Shown here: piece by piece, positions 42,347-52,003 of the stretch
How the letters are laid out: the number at the start of each line of letters is the position of its first letter
Numbering within the stretch: position 1 is the stretch's first letter
Sequence record: OR192075.1
Source: Escherichia phage MIZ6
DNA length: 64,000 nt
Direction: 5' to 3' (one strand)
Notes under the pieces: model-generated
What the model was told of the DNA's origin: nothing
The model's input: only the letters and a program-made list of their open reading frames with translations
Database searches by the model: none
Translations under genes and position numbers: made by a program

Positions 42347-43711
42347 TCAACCCTTCTTAAGTTCTTTAAGATCTTTCTTATATTCCTTCATTGCGGTCGT
42401 CTTTGTCCAATACTCATATTCACTATGATGTTTCTCGGCATCTTTGACCAGTCGATCATACTCTTCTTGAGTAACGCTATACAATGGCATAGAAACTAGC
42501 TTATCGGCGTATGGACGCAGTTTTTCATGTCCATTGATGGATTGCATTACATCGGCCTTTTTCTTTCCCTGTAGCTCGATTTCGCCATTAATTACGAGAT
42601 CGATAAATTCGGCTTTAGCCATTGCATAATTGTATGCTTCCAGCGTTTCCGCTTGCATCAATTCAATGCGTTTATCGACATACCCTAATCGGATTTCGAC
42701 GAATCGACGGATCAGATCGCTCGCTTTCTCGAATACTTCTACTAAACCACGTTCATTAACCACTACGATATTCTGGGCTACTAACTGTGTTAGTTTAAAA
42801 TCCTTCATGATTTGCTCATGTCGAGCGGATTCATCTTCGCTTTTGAAATAATCGCGTTTCAGTGTTACTTCAAATCTGAATCCATCCTTAGAGCAACGGT
42901 CATTATATGAGACAATCAGATCTTTTTCTTCCAGTGCATCCAGTACCGCTACATATTCTTCACGGTCGAACTTATAAGGGACTTCTGATATTGTCAGCTT
43001 AGTCTTGCCGTTTAGTTCATATGTACCCTCAAGAATCACACCATCGCGATCATCTCGCGGGATAACTTTACCCGTGAATTTCGGGAATTGAACACTAGGT
43101 TCTTTATCCAGTTTTCCGGCAAGTGCTAGCTCTGTGCATTCAATGAGGCTTTCCAGTGAATGCGGTAAAATGTCAGTTTTATACCCTGTAGCAATACCAC
43201 TAATACCATTAGCCAATACCATTGGCACAACTGGCAAGTAGAACGCTGGCGGGATGTGTTCCAGATCTTCGTGCTTAGGTGCGCAATTCATATCTTTATA
43301 GATTTTAAAGAAGTTTTCATGCACGCGAGCAAAGATATAACGTGCCGCACCTGCTTTCTGGACTAAACGCGATCCGAAGTTACCTTGACCGTCAAGCAGT
43401 GGAGTATTATTGCTCCATGTATTCGCCATAAGTGATCCGGCTTCTACGGCATTAGTTTCCCCGTGGTGATAACCCAACTCGGCAACACCAGATCCAATAT
43501 CTGCCATCTTACGGAATTTCTTACGGTCGCCTTTACTCTTTTGCAAAGCACATTCCATAACAAAGCGTTGCACTGGTTTAAGCCCATCCACTAATTGAGG
43601 AATCCCGCGTTCCTCGGCAGAATAGATCGCATATTCCTTAGCTTCATTATGTACAATGCTTTCAAGGCTGCGGTAAGTAAATGTGTTTACAATTTGACTA
43701 ATTTTATCCAT
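42347..43711 (-). CDS. 52: DNA topoisomerase II medium subunit (T4 gp52-like, GyrA-like)
   Basis: GLKPVQRFV active-site region; colinear with T4 gp52; ATG at 43711 with RBS GAGGTGAAG. Confidence 0.9.
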   Translation of the reverse strand: MDKISQIVNTFTYRSLESIVHNEAKEYAIYSAEERGIPQLVDGLKPVQRFVMECALQKSKGDRKKFRKMADIGSGVAELGYHHGETNAVEAGSLMANTWSNNTPLLDGQGNFGSRLVQKAGAARYIFARVHENFFKIYKDMNCAPKHEDLEHIPPAFYLPVVPMVLANGISGIATGYKTDILPHSLESLIECTELALAGKLDKEPSVQFPKFTGKVIPRDDRDGVILEGTYELNGKTKLTISEVPYKFDREEYVAVLDALEEKDLIVSYNDRCSKDGFRFEVTLKRDYFKSEDESARHEQIMKDFKLTQLVAQNIVVVNERGLVEVFEKASDLIRRFVEIRLGYVDKRIELMQAETLEAYNYAMAKAEFIDLVINGEIELQGKKKADVMQSINGHEKLRPYADKLVSMPLYSVTQEEYDRLVKDAEKHHSEYEYWTKTTAMKEYKKDLKELKKG

Positions 43712-43718
43712 CTTCACC

Positions 43719-44081
43719 TCATACACGCTTACAAATCACATTCTTTACTTTATCAGATTTATCAGCCCAATCCAATAGCCATTTTAACGGAAGGATTGAC
43801 ACAATAAACGGGGCAGCAATCAAAGCAAACATGATACACCTGATAATCAGGAAAACGCAAGTGACAAAACTAGCGATAGTGATCCCGACAAAACAAAATA
43901 CCATAGAAAACAGAGTAATGATATAGAAAGGCCAGAATACCCACTCCCGCATCTTAACGCCTTTGTATTCTCTGAATTGCTTAAAATCTACAAACAACTC
44001 TCGGATAGACGCGTACAGGACCGAAAAATCATCTTTCATTGCTCTGAATGAGCAATCTTCTATTTTAGAATGACCTAGCAT
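43719..44081 (-). CDS. membrane protein (2 predicted TM helices)
   Basis: hydrophobic segments WVFWPFYIITLFSMVFCFVGITIASFV and FALIAAPFIVSILPL. Confidence 0.5.
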   Translation of the reverse strand: MLGHSKIEDCSFRAMKDDFSVLYASIRELFVDFKQFREYKGVKMREWVFWPFYIITLFSMVFCFVGITIASFVTCVFLIIRCIMFALIAAPFIVSILPLKWLLDWADKSDKVKNVICKRV

Positions 44082-44083
44082 TA

Positions 44084-44377
44084 TTAACCGCCTTTCATCA
44101 TTGATACTGGAATTGTTTTCTGATTTGTGTATAACTGGCCTACTTCAATTTTTTCTTGAATCACCACGACGTTACAATATCCACTGTCTTTAAGTTTTCT
44201 GATAATAACTCGCTTTTGTTCGTCGGTGATAGGATTGACTGTTCTCACCAATTCACCGCAAATAATAGCACCATCTTTACAATTACCAGTAACTTTCATG
44301 CTACGACCGTGAACAACAACCACATCACCGTAAATCACATTTTCGTCGTCGTATTTGGTAATAACCGTGACCGTCAT
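44084..44377 (-). CDS. hypothetical protein
   Basis: RBS AGAGGGAA. Confidence 0.5.
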   Translation of the reverse strand: MTVTVITKYDDENVIYGDVVVVHGRSMKVTGNCKDGAIICGELVRTVNPITDEQKRVIIRKLKDSGYCNVVVIQEKIEVGQLYTNQKTIPVSMMKGG

Positions 44378-44389
44378 AATGTATTCCCT

Positions 44390-44415
44390 CTAAGAAAGGC
44401 CGCGCAAAGCGGCCT
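44390..44415 (-). terminator. putative terminator
   Basis: hairpin AGGCCGC-TTTGC-GCGGCCT plus TTTCTTAG on minus strand. Confidence 0.45.
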
Positions 44416-44422
44416 ATGTTGA

Positions 44423-44749
44423 TTATTGTTCTACAGTATAGCCGTTGTTTTCAAGCCATGCAATAACAATCTTTTCGCCAATTTCATCGAGCATTTCATC
44501 AGCGCCATATTCTTTAATGAAAGTCGATGGATCATTATTGCTTACTACGTGCTGGATCACAACATGTTCAGGAATTGCGTCTAGCAGTTCGCTATGATCA
44601 TACTCATTAACGATATCTTCAACACTAACATTATTAACCAAATCAACATCATCCATAGTCACAGTAACGCGACCGGACGGACGCAATGAATATTGGCTAC
44701 TTTCAACTTCAACATGTGCACTTTCGCAAGTAACTTTCATATCAACCAT
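44423..44749 (-). CDS. hypothetical acidic protein
   Basis: RBS CAGAGGAATTAATT. Confidence 0.5.
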   Translation of the reverse strand: MVDMKVTCESAHVEVESSQYSLRPSGRVTVTMDDVDLVNNVSVEDIVNEYDHSELLDAIPEHVVIQHVVSNNDPSTFIKEYGADEMLDEIGEKIVIAWLENNGYTVEQ

Positions 44750-44763
44750 AATTAATTCCTCTG

Positions 44764-45756
44764 TTAGTAATGGCTAAAACCTTCGGTTACATCTTCAACC
44801 ACATAGTAACGATGACAGCGCATTTTGGCATTCGCATAATCTTTCGGGATACTTACAACGTGACGCGGATCAACTTTACATTTAATGATTCGGCCTCGTC
44901 CACCGCCATAGTGCGGAATATAGTGTTTCGCTGCAACGTGGAGTCCATTAGAGCAAGTGCGATCATCATCTGGGTCCACGTCTTTACGCTTCATTTTAAC
45001 CGTGCGCCCTGGGCTATTATCAAACGTATGCGTAAAGAAATCTTTATAATCAACATCAACACGTTTCCATGCATAGAAACAACCATCTTCCCCGATCTCA
45101 ATGTCGTTGTGCTCTAAGAAGTCAAATAGACGATCTACCGCCTTACGGCTAGGGTTTTTCTTGCACTTCTCAAAGAAGTTCAGATAGTGCGTATATGGCT
45201 TATTCTCTTTAATCGACTCCACAACTCGACGAGTCAGATTATTATCAAGAACAATATTATGATAATACACAATACCATTTTCGATACGGAAAGCGCCGTG
45301 ATAATATACTTCAACCGCTTTCTTAATGTCAATCAGCGTAATAGCTTTGATGAAATCATTATGTTTAATCGCTTCCAGTGCTTCATTAAAGTTAACATGC
45401 GACGGATCAGCAGTATAAACAATGTCACCACATGTAATAGTAATAAACTTAGTTGAGGCTATTGCTACGATTTTTGAGGAAGTAGTCACGGGCTTTTTTG
45501 CGCGTTCACCTCCTTTTCCTTTACTGGTTTTACGGCGTGCTTTACGTTTTTCTAGTGCCTTGCGACCTTCCGCTACTGCGTCTTTCTGAATCAGTAATAC
45601 ACGGGAAGCAGTACGACGAGATACCCCAAATGCTGCCGCAAGTGCTTCGCGGGTAGTAAACTTACCTTCGCCCCACTGTTTAGCCAGTTTGATTTGTTTT
45701 TCAGAATCCAGGCATTGAACGTTACGGTCAGAGACGGTGATTTTTGCTTTAGTCAT
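44764..45756 (-). CDS. rIIB: rIIB protein with N-terminal HTH extension
   Basis: colinear with T4 rIIB (SRKAVDRLFDFL, YAWKRV, CSNGLHV, PRHVVSIP.DYANAKMRCH.YYVVEDVTE). Confidence 0.88.
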   Translation of the reverse strand: MTKAKITVSDRNVQCLDSEKQIKLAKQWGEGKFTTREALAAAFGVSRRTASRVLLIQKDAVAEGRKALEKRKARRKTSKGKGGERAKKPVTTSSKIVAIASTKFITITCGDIVYTADPSHVNFNEALEAIKHNDFIKAITLIDIKKAVEVYYHGAFRIENGIVYYHNIVLDNNLTRRVVESIKENKPYTHYLNFFEKCKKNPSRKAVDRLFDFLEHNDIEIGEDGCFYAWKRVDVDYKDFFTHTFDNSPGRTVKMKRKDVDPDDDRTCSNGLHVAAKHYIPHYGGGRGRIIKCKVDPRHVVSIPKDYANAKMRCHRYYVVEDVTEGFSHY

Positions 45757-45818
45757 AGTATTCATTCCTCTATTAGTTGGGCGACTATCGCCGCCCGATT
45801 CACATCATTATACCAGAA

Positions 45819-45950
45819 TTATTTTGCTTCTACAACCTTGCGGATTGTGCGGTCTGATACATTATAGATTCGTGCCAGTTCGCCTTTAGTCAAGCCGCGA
45901 GCGTATTGTTTACGGATGGTTTCTTTCTGGATAGCGGTCAGTTTAGTCAT
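45819..45950 (-). CDS. small helix-turn-helix protein (43 aa) resembling the rIIB N-terminal HTH
   Basis: hand-translated MTKLTAIQKETIRKQYARGLTKGELARIYNVSDRTIRKVVEAK; RBS GAGGTGA. Confidence 0.5.
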   Translation of the reverse strand: MTKLTAIQKETIRKQYARGLTKGELARIYNVSDRTIRKVVEAK

Positions 45951-45961
45951 AATATCACCTC

Positions 45962-48070
45962 TTAAAATTTAACATTCTTAACCAGTTTCATAAAGTCTTG
46001 TGCGCGTTTGTCGTTATGCAGAATACGATACCAGTTATCTACAATATCATACAGTAACGGGCTATTCTCTTTAAACTTAGCACAAACTGCTTTAATTCGT
46101 TCGTTTGCTGCCGTGAATTTTTCATCACAGATCTTTTTAGTTTCTTCGTCCATAATCCAACGAGTACGAAGGAGTAACTTGGAAACCTCTTTATTATAAT
46201 GACGACCGTACAGTCTGTCAATAAATTCTGGAACACAGCGTTCTAATTCATCGTCATGATACAACATAGTGATCACACCCAGATATTCGCCATACCCCAG
46301 ATGATTGGTCTTAACCTTCTTAGCCAGACCAGCCAGCTTACCGCGAACAAATTCTAGCGCACATTCCAATTGTTCGTCAACGAGATATTTTTGTGTCTCG
46401 TTTCGAGTAATAATATACTTTGTTACCCCGAAGTAGTCAAGCGCCGTGTGTAATGTATTTTCATTATAGATCGATTGACGGCTACGGCTTTCGAATGCAT
46501 CACCTACGCGGAACATGTGCAAGCCTGATAACTCGCGAATCTCTGCCGCTTTCATGTGATGGCTGGTTTTATGCCAACTGTCACCAATCTTTTCCATGAT
46601 ATACACGTTAGGCAGCTTGGGAGTAGCTTCACGTTGTGTACGCTCGGTCTTCTCCGGCTTAACTGCTTTAGCACGCAGATCATCGGCCTCTGATACCTTA
46701 ATCACGGTCATTTCAGATTCATCATAATACTGTTTGATGTACTCGAAAGTCTCCATATGTTTTTCGTTGCGCTGACGGAACACCAGTACCTTTTTATTAA
46801 TGCCGTATTCCTGGACCATGCCGTTAAGAGTCAGTGCACGCAGTTTCGGTTTATCGGTATCATCAATAAGACACGTAATATCTTCTTTATGCATCCATAC
46901 AAAATGCGTAATATTGTATTGACTGCTAACGAAAGCAGGTCGCAATTTGCTGATTGTGTGTCGATGATGATACAGAGTATACACCTGACCTTCTACGTCA
47001 TTAGGCGAATCTTTACCCGCATTCACAAACTTATTATAGATTGCTACCGGATCATCCCACTGTCCGATCTTACCCATCTTGCTAATAATATTGCGTTGCG
47101 TCGATGAATACTCGCTCATAAATTGCGCAAGTTTACGCTCTGTTTTAATGTTGGCGATCTTCTCTTTAACCTTTTCCAACATCATTTCATTGATTTCTGC
47201 AATGCGTTTTTCGATGTTCGCTTTAGTCTCAATTGACAAGTGAACTTCTTCACGCGATGGCATCAGGTCCAAATCACCCAACTCAAAATTAATGTAAATG
47301 GTCTGGTGCTGGCGGTTTACAGCTTCTAACCATGTTCCGCGAACATATTCATACGGGATCGGATACTGGATCTTACCCATGATTGCATATACTACATAGG
47401 AATCGTTATCACGCCCATTACAAACATAATAATTATCAAAGCTAGGGAAATAATTAATTTCGATTGCATTGATATTAGGTTTGTGTTCACCAAAATGACG
47501 CAGTACAAACTGTGCTTCTCGATGCCATGTCTGAATGTCTTTTTCTTTCACCGGAATAGTGATTTTCAGACCATTGTCTTCATAGGTCGGTTCGTCGAAA
47601 ATCTGCACCATTTTCGGCATAGAGTTTTGCACAAATGCCGTAAAGCCATAAGCGCGACCATTGTAGTAGTTTACGATTGTAAAGGTGTCGGTGTAGCTAT
47701 AAGCAGATTTCGCACCCAAACCAAAAGATCCGATATAATCATTAGTTTGGTCTTTTGTTGATTCAAAGTAAACCGTAAACAGTTGTTCTAATTCTTTCTT
47801 AGACGGAATACCAGTACCATAATCACGCACAGAAAAATACGGTTCGATTGCAGTTGGTAAATGAATATCAAACGGACGATCTAAGGTTCCGGCTTCTTTG
47901 TGAGTGTCGGTAGCATTGCACGAATACTCACGGACACAAGCACGTTCACAATATTGATAAGTGTTCTTAGAAAGCACCATAAAAGCCTTGCTACTTGCTT
48001 TCAGTGAAAAATCAACCGCACCGCTCAAGTCACTGCCAAATACTTCTTCATTATCAATATGCATTTTCAT
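45962..48070 (-). CDS. rIIA: rIIA protein
   Basis: colinear with T4 rIIA N-terminal ATPase-like region (DYGTG, NDYIGSFGLGAKSAYSYTDTFTI). Confidence 0.9.
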   Translation of the reverse strand: MKMHIDNEEVFGSDLSGAVDFSLKASSKAFMVLSKNTYQYCERACVREYSCNATDTHKEAGTLDRPFDIHLPTAIEPYFSVRDYGTGIPSKKELEQLFTVYFESTKDQTNDYIGSFGLGAKSAYSYTDTFTIVNYYNGRAYGFTAFVQNSMPKMVQIFDEPTYEDNGLKITIPVKEKDIQTWHREAQFVLRHFGEHKPNINAIEINYFPSFDNYYVCNGRDNDSYVVYAIMGKIQYPIPYEYVRGTWLEAVNRQHQTIYINFELGDLDLMPSREEVHLSIETKANIEKRIAEINEMMLEKVKEKIANIKTERKLAQFMSEYSSTQRNIISKMGKIGQWDDPVAIYNKFVNAGKDSPNDVEGQVYTLYHHRHTISKLRPAFVSSQYNITHFVWMHKEDITCLIDDTDKPKLRALTLNGMVQEYGINKKVLVFRQRNEKHMETFEYIKQYYDESEMTVIKVSEADDLRAKAVKPEKTERTQREATPKLPNVYIMEKIGDSWHKTSHHMKAAEIRELSGLHMFRVGDAFESRSRQSIYNENTLHTALDYFGVTKYIITRNETQKYLVDEQLECALEFVRGKLAGLAKKVKTNHLGYGEYLGVITMLYHDDELERCVPEFIDRLYGRHYNKEVSKLLLRTRWIMDEETKKICDEKFTAANERIKAVCAKFKENSPLLYDIVDNWYRILHNDKRAQDFMKLVKNVKF

Positions 48071-48084
48071 AATATAATCCTCAC

Positions 48085-48342
48085 TTAATTAAAATCTTCT
48101 TTGTCCATCTCTGCGTAGATTACATCCCACGCCCATAAATCAATAAACGCATTATATGTCACGGTGCAATCGTTGTCAATCACTTCTTTCGCATATTTCT
48201 TGATGTTTTCGTAGGAAACTTGCGGGTCAATTTTGTGTTTACGAAGGTGCGCATATTCATATCTCAGACATTTCATAAATAGGTCCATCGATTTCTTTTC
48301 TCGATGACACTTGGCGATCATAAAATCAAAACTTCGACTCAT
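48085..48342 (-). CDS. hypothetical protein
   Basis: RBS AAGGAGTAG. Confidence 0.5.
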   Translation of the reverse strand: MSRSFDFMIAKCHREKKSMDLFMKCLRYEYAHLRKHKIDPQVSYENIKKYAKEVIDNDCTVTYNAFIDLWAWDVIYAEMDKEDFN

Positions 48343-48353
48343 TTTTCTACTCC

Positions 48354-48548
48354 TTATACATTTTCAATTACCCATTGCAGATGGGCTTCTGCGTCAACCA
48401 GTTCAGCGCGGCTTTTCTCTAAGCACTTGCTGTATTCTTTACGTTCCCACTCGGCAATTTCGTTTTTCAGGACTTCTTCATAGTAAGCAATTACGCCTTT
48501 CAGGTCTGAAACTTTACGGCTTGCCAATTCGATGTAATGGTTACGCAT
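48354..48548 (-). CDS. hypothetical protein
   Basis: GGAGAATCAAA RBS. Confidence 0.5.
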   Translation of the reverse strand: MRNHYIELASRKVSDLKGVIAYYEEVLKNEIAEWERKEYSKCLEKSRAELVDAEAHLQWVIENV

Positions 48549-48735
48549 TTTGATTCTCCTTTGTTACTAGATAACGAATTTGGTCTTGCATTGCGATCAG
48601 TTCCCAGCGTGCTACTTTCATCATGGAAACTGACTCTTTGAACATAATATTAGCTTTTTCCTTCTCCCCTGTCAAGTAGATTTCTGCAATTTTTTCACAA
48701 AATTTTTGAGTTTCTTCATTCTTAAACGGTTTCAT
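48541..48735 (-). CDS. hypothetical protein
   Basis: ATG at 48735 with RBS AAAGGTTGA; promoter cassette. Confidence 0.5.
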   Translation of the reverse strand: MKPFKNEETQKFCEKIAEIYLTGEKEKANIMFKESVSMMKVARWELIAMQDQIRYLVTKENQNA

Positions 48736-48801
48736 ATAAGTCAACCTTTTGTTTTCGATGGGGACATTATGATATATCCCCGATCCAGTGTCAACAGATT
48801 T

Positions 48802-49101
48802 TTAATCTTTTTTCAGTGCATCCATTACTCGCTCTGCGATCAGTTCTCGTAAGCACTGATAACCATGATATTTGATGGCAATGTCACGCAGATCATTAAC
48901 CAGTTCCCGTACTTCATGGTCTTTCAGATCGTCTCTGTATTTCGATTTAACCGTGTCTTTAGGTGGATTGCGGATAACCTGAAAACCTTGTTCTGCAATC
49001 ACTGCGGCTTCGCGCTGGCGTTCATGTTGTACTGTATTTTTGATCAGGTCTGCTTCCATGAACTTTGCCATACTCATCATCATGTTATTCTTTTTGCTCA
49101 T
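48802..49101 (-). CDS. hypothetical protein
   Basis: ATG at 49101 with RBS GAGGATTTAATA; own promoter. Confidence 0.5.
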   Translation of the reverse strand: MSKKNNMMMSMAKFMEADLIKNTVQHERQREAAVIAEQGFQVIRNPPKDTVKSKYRDDLKDHEVRELVNDLRDIAIKYHGYQCLRELIAERVMDALKKD

Positions 49102-49135
49102 TATTAAATCCTCATAAAAGAAAAGGGAGACTCCC

Positions 49136-49163
49136 ATTATAGAGAATCTCCCTTGTATGTCAA
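49136..49163 (-). promoter_or_regulatory. sigma70-like promoter (TTGACA, 16 nt, TATAAT) overlapping a terminator-like hairpin
   Basis: hexamers on minus strand between topoisomerase stop and next ATG. Confidence 0.5.
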
Positions 49164-49166
49164 GTG

Positions 49167-50990
49167 TTATGATTGCATCCAAATTTTGCGCTGATCTGCA
49201 TCTTCACTATAGAGCAAATCGAATAGCTCTTTATAGTTTTCCGGTAACGTGATGATCTCCATGACAGGATCGTTGATCACGCGATGATAGTCTGATTCTG
49301 TGAGCGATGCTAAACCTTTGATATATCGAATGTTGTAACCTTTGATATTATCTCGGTCGTTCTCGAAATCTTCTAGGTCATAATACCATCGAACATCATC
49401 ACCTTTCTTTGGTTCAGCAATGATAATAGGTGTTTTGATAAACCGGATTCGTCCATCTTCGAACAATTCAGGCCAACGTGCAAAGAAAGAGATCAGACTA
49501 GGTTTAATAGACCCGATCCCGTCAGTATCAGCGTCTGTCATAATCGCAATATTTTTGTATTGCATAACTTCCAATGCATCAACACCAAATTGCAAGCCAG
49601 TGATCGCCATGATGTTAAAAATTTCGGCGTTCTTAACGATCTTTGCCTCCGGTTGTTCCCACGTTGTAAGAGTTTTGCCTCGCAACGGGAAACCTCCATG
49701 TAAATCTTGATCGCGTACAGAGATCAGATAGTTGATCGCGGAATCACCTTCCGTCAAAAACAGGGTAGTTTCTGCGTCAGTTCCAATAAGGTTAGCTTTA
49801 ACGTGTTTTGCCACCTTAGCCCGTTTCGCTGCCTTTGCTGCCTTAGTCGCTGCCGCTTTATCTGCTGCCTCTTTGCGTGCCAGGACTACAGCAATAATAG
49901 GCATGATAATGTTTTCTTTCTTAGCAATGACTTTAGCCAGCTTTTTAAAATCAAGATCAATATGACGCTTGATATCACCAGTTGGATTAGTCAATCGTTC
50001 TTTTGTCTGTGAATCAAAACGAAGGTTAGGCAATTCACGAACAATAAGAATACAGGTCAATCCAGACTTAACCGCAGCTTTAGTAACATCAACCTTATAT
50101 TCTTTCTTGATTCGTTTTACAATCTCTTCACAAAGATCATCTGTCACATAATCAACGTGTGTTCCCCCGTTTTTGGTAAACAGACCATTAGCAAAGGATA
50201 CTGATTTAAAACCTTCTCCCTCGACCGCAGGAACTAGGGCAAGTGAAAAGTTTTTATCTTCAATGACAAACGGATCATCATTGTATAGTTTAGCATAATC
50301 CTTGAACTTGCTGGTTATCTTTTTGCCATTAAACTTAAACGTGATCTTAGGAAAGATTACACTCAATGAATACATTCGATCGCAAATCACATCTGAAATT
50401 TCTTGTGACATGATCATACCTTCAAAATGATCGAAATCGGGGCAGAACGTAACCTTAGTTCCTTTCAGTTTTGACGGCTTAGATGACCAGCTAATATTTT
50501 CTGCACCATTGGTACATTGAACGGTCAGTTCATTCTCTCCGTCACACGTCACACCAGTAAACCAGGACGAGAAAAATGATGTGAGCGCGCTTCCGATCCC
50601 ATTCATACCCATAGTAACACGATTTGTATCATCAAAGTTAGACCCTGCTTTAGCTCGTGTCCATGCAGCAACTGGTTGTGGAATCTGTTTCCCTTCTGGC
50701 GTCGTAACAATATGTTGCGGAATACCGCGACCATTATCTGTTACTGACACAATGTTATCTTTTATATCCACACTAATAACATTAGCGTACTCAAAATTAG
50801 TGCGGATCGCCTCGTCTACAGAATTGTCGATAATTTCATCAATAATTTTAACTAGACCGGGAACGTATGAAACTTTGGTCCATTTTCCAAATAGGAAACG
50901 ATTGTGTGATTCATAAGTCGTTGACCCGATGTACATTGAAGGCCTCTTAAGACAGTGAGCGCGATCATCCAACAGCAAAAATTCAGACAT
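49167..50990 (-). CDS. 39: DNA topoisomerase II large subunit (GyrB-like; T4 gp39 plus gp60 equivalent in one ORF)
   Basis: colinear with T4 gp39 (PSMYIGS, DNGRGIP, LTEGDSA); 607 aa continuous. Confidence 0.9.
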   Translation of the reverse strand: MSEFLLLDDRAHCLKRPSMYIGSTTYESHNRFLFGKWTKVSYVPGLVKIIDEIIDNSVDEAIRTNFEYANVISVDIKDNIVSVTDNGRGIPQHIVTTPEGKQIPQPVAAWTRAKAGSNFDDTNRVTMGMNGIGSALTSFFSSWFTGVTCDGENELTVQCTNGAENISWSSKPSKLKGTKVTFCPDFDHFEGMIMSQEISDVICDRMYSLSVIFPKITFKFNGKKITSKFKDYAKLYNDDPFVIEDKNFSLALVPAVEGEGFKSVSFANGLFTKNGGTHVDYVTDDLCEEIVKRIKKEYKVDVTKAAVKSGLTCILIVRELPNLRFDSQTKERLTNPTGDIKRHIDLDFKKLAKVIAKKENIIMPIIAVVLARKEAADKAAATKAAKAAKRAKVAKHVKANLIGTDAETTLFLTEGDSAINYLISVRDQDLHGGFPLRGKTLTTWEQPEAKIVKNAEIFNIMAITGLQFGVDALEVMQYKNIAIMTDADTDGIGSIKPSLISFFARWPELFEDGRIRFIKTPIIIAEPKKGDDVRWYYDLEDFENDRDNIKGYNIRYIKGLASLTESDYHRVINDPVMEIITLPENYKELFDLLYSEDADQRKIWMQS

Positions 50991-50996
50991 ATTATA

Positions 50997-51740
50997 TCAT
51001 TCTCCGTCAGTTCGTTTCAGGTATTCCAATGCCGCATATAATCTTTGAGGATCGTCTTTGAACATCCCTAATCCGGCATTACATTTTCCACAAAGAACAC
51101 CTCTTATCTTACCAGTCTTATGATTATGGTCAAGATGTTTCCACTTTTGGCGTTTTCTCACGCCGCATCGTTCATTTATGAATTTTACACCGCATATCTC
51201 GCAATTGTCAACTCTTCCTAAAATTTCTAACGCTTCTCTTTTTGATATTTTTATACCATTTTCGGCATGATGATATGGCCTATCTAGTTCTCGCTCTCGC
51301 TTCTCAAACAATCGACACTCATCAGAACAATACTTTTGAGATACGTTTATTGCAACAAATGGTTTACCACATTTAGCGCATTCTCGTTCAATCTTTATGT
51401 TTTGTGCCTGGTCCAACGATGCGCAACGAGAACAGCAAAATTTATGATAGCCTTTAGAGTATGTATGATAATTTACAGGATTTGGGCATCTTGCACATTT
51501 AACTATTCCTGTTATTCCGTGGCGCAATCTATAAACAGCCTCGTTATATGGTTGTTGATTTCTGAGACCTCCATTACAGAACTTAAACTCATTCCTTATA
51601 ATCTGAAATTCCGCAGGATACAATTTTTCCATTTCAGGAATTTTATTTTCTTTAAAAAGATTTGAGTTTAGTCTATTTCCGCTTTTCGCCTCCAGAACAT
51701 CAACAATAAACTTTTTGATGTTCACTTTTTCTCTCTCCAA
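50997..51740 (-). CDS. HNH homing endonuclease-like protein (start uncertain, TTG or internal ATG)
   Basis: multiple CxxC pairs and DHNHKTGKIRGVLCGKCN HNH motif; beside topoisomerase gene as mobA is in T4. Confidence 0.6.
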   Translation of the reverse strand: MEREKVNIKKFIVDVLEAKSGNRLNSNLFKENKIPEMEKLYPAEFQIIRNEFKFCNGGLRNQQPYNEAVYRLRHGITGIVKCARCPNPVNYHTYSKGYHKFCCSRCASLDQAQNIKIERECAKCGKPFVAINVSQKYCSDECRLFEKRERELDRPYHHAENGIKISKREALEILGRVDNCEICGVKFINERCGVRKRQKWKHLDHNHKTGKIRGVLCGKCNAGLGMFKDDPQRLYAALEYLKRTDGE

Positions 51741-51832
51741 TTCATAACATAACCATAACTTACTGCAACCGCCACAAAGACGGCTGCAACAATCATATTA
51801 AAAATTGAGTGATTGTCAAGTATATGACTCAT
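51722..51832 (-). CDS. putative 36-aa transmembrane peptide
   Basis: hand-translated MSHILDNHSIFNMIVAAVFVAVAVSYGYVMNWREKK; ATGA coupling to upstream stop; no clear RBS. Confidence 0.3.
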   Translation of the reverse strand: MSHILDNHSIFNMIVAAVFVAVAVSYGYVMNWREKK

Positions 51833-52002
51833 GACACGCGCACATTTTTATCGTAATACCCGCCATTAATCCCGCGCGGGGCAGTTAATCCCTGTTTGCA
51901 TTCTTTACCACATTCAGGGCATTCTGCCTTTTCACGCTCGGAAATTTTGCGGATTTTCTGAAATTGACCGTGTTCTTCACAAGAATAATCATATAATGGC
52001 AT
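51829..52002 (-). CDS. zinc-ribbon protein (FmdB-like)
   Basis: YDYSCEEHGQF...CPECGKEC; ATG at 52002 with RBS AAAGGGGATAATA. Confidence 0.5.
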   Translation of the reverse strand: MPLYDYSCEEHGQFQKIRKISEREKAECPECGKECKQGLTAPRGINGGYYDKNVRVS

Positions 52003-52003
52003 A

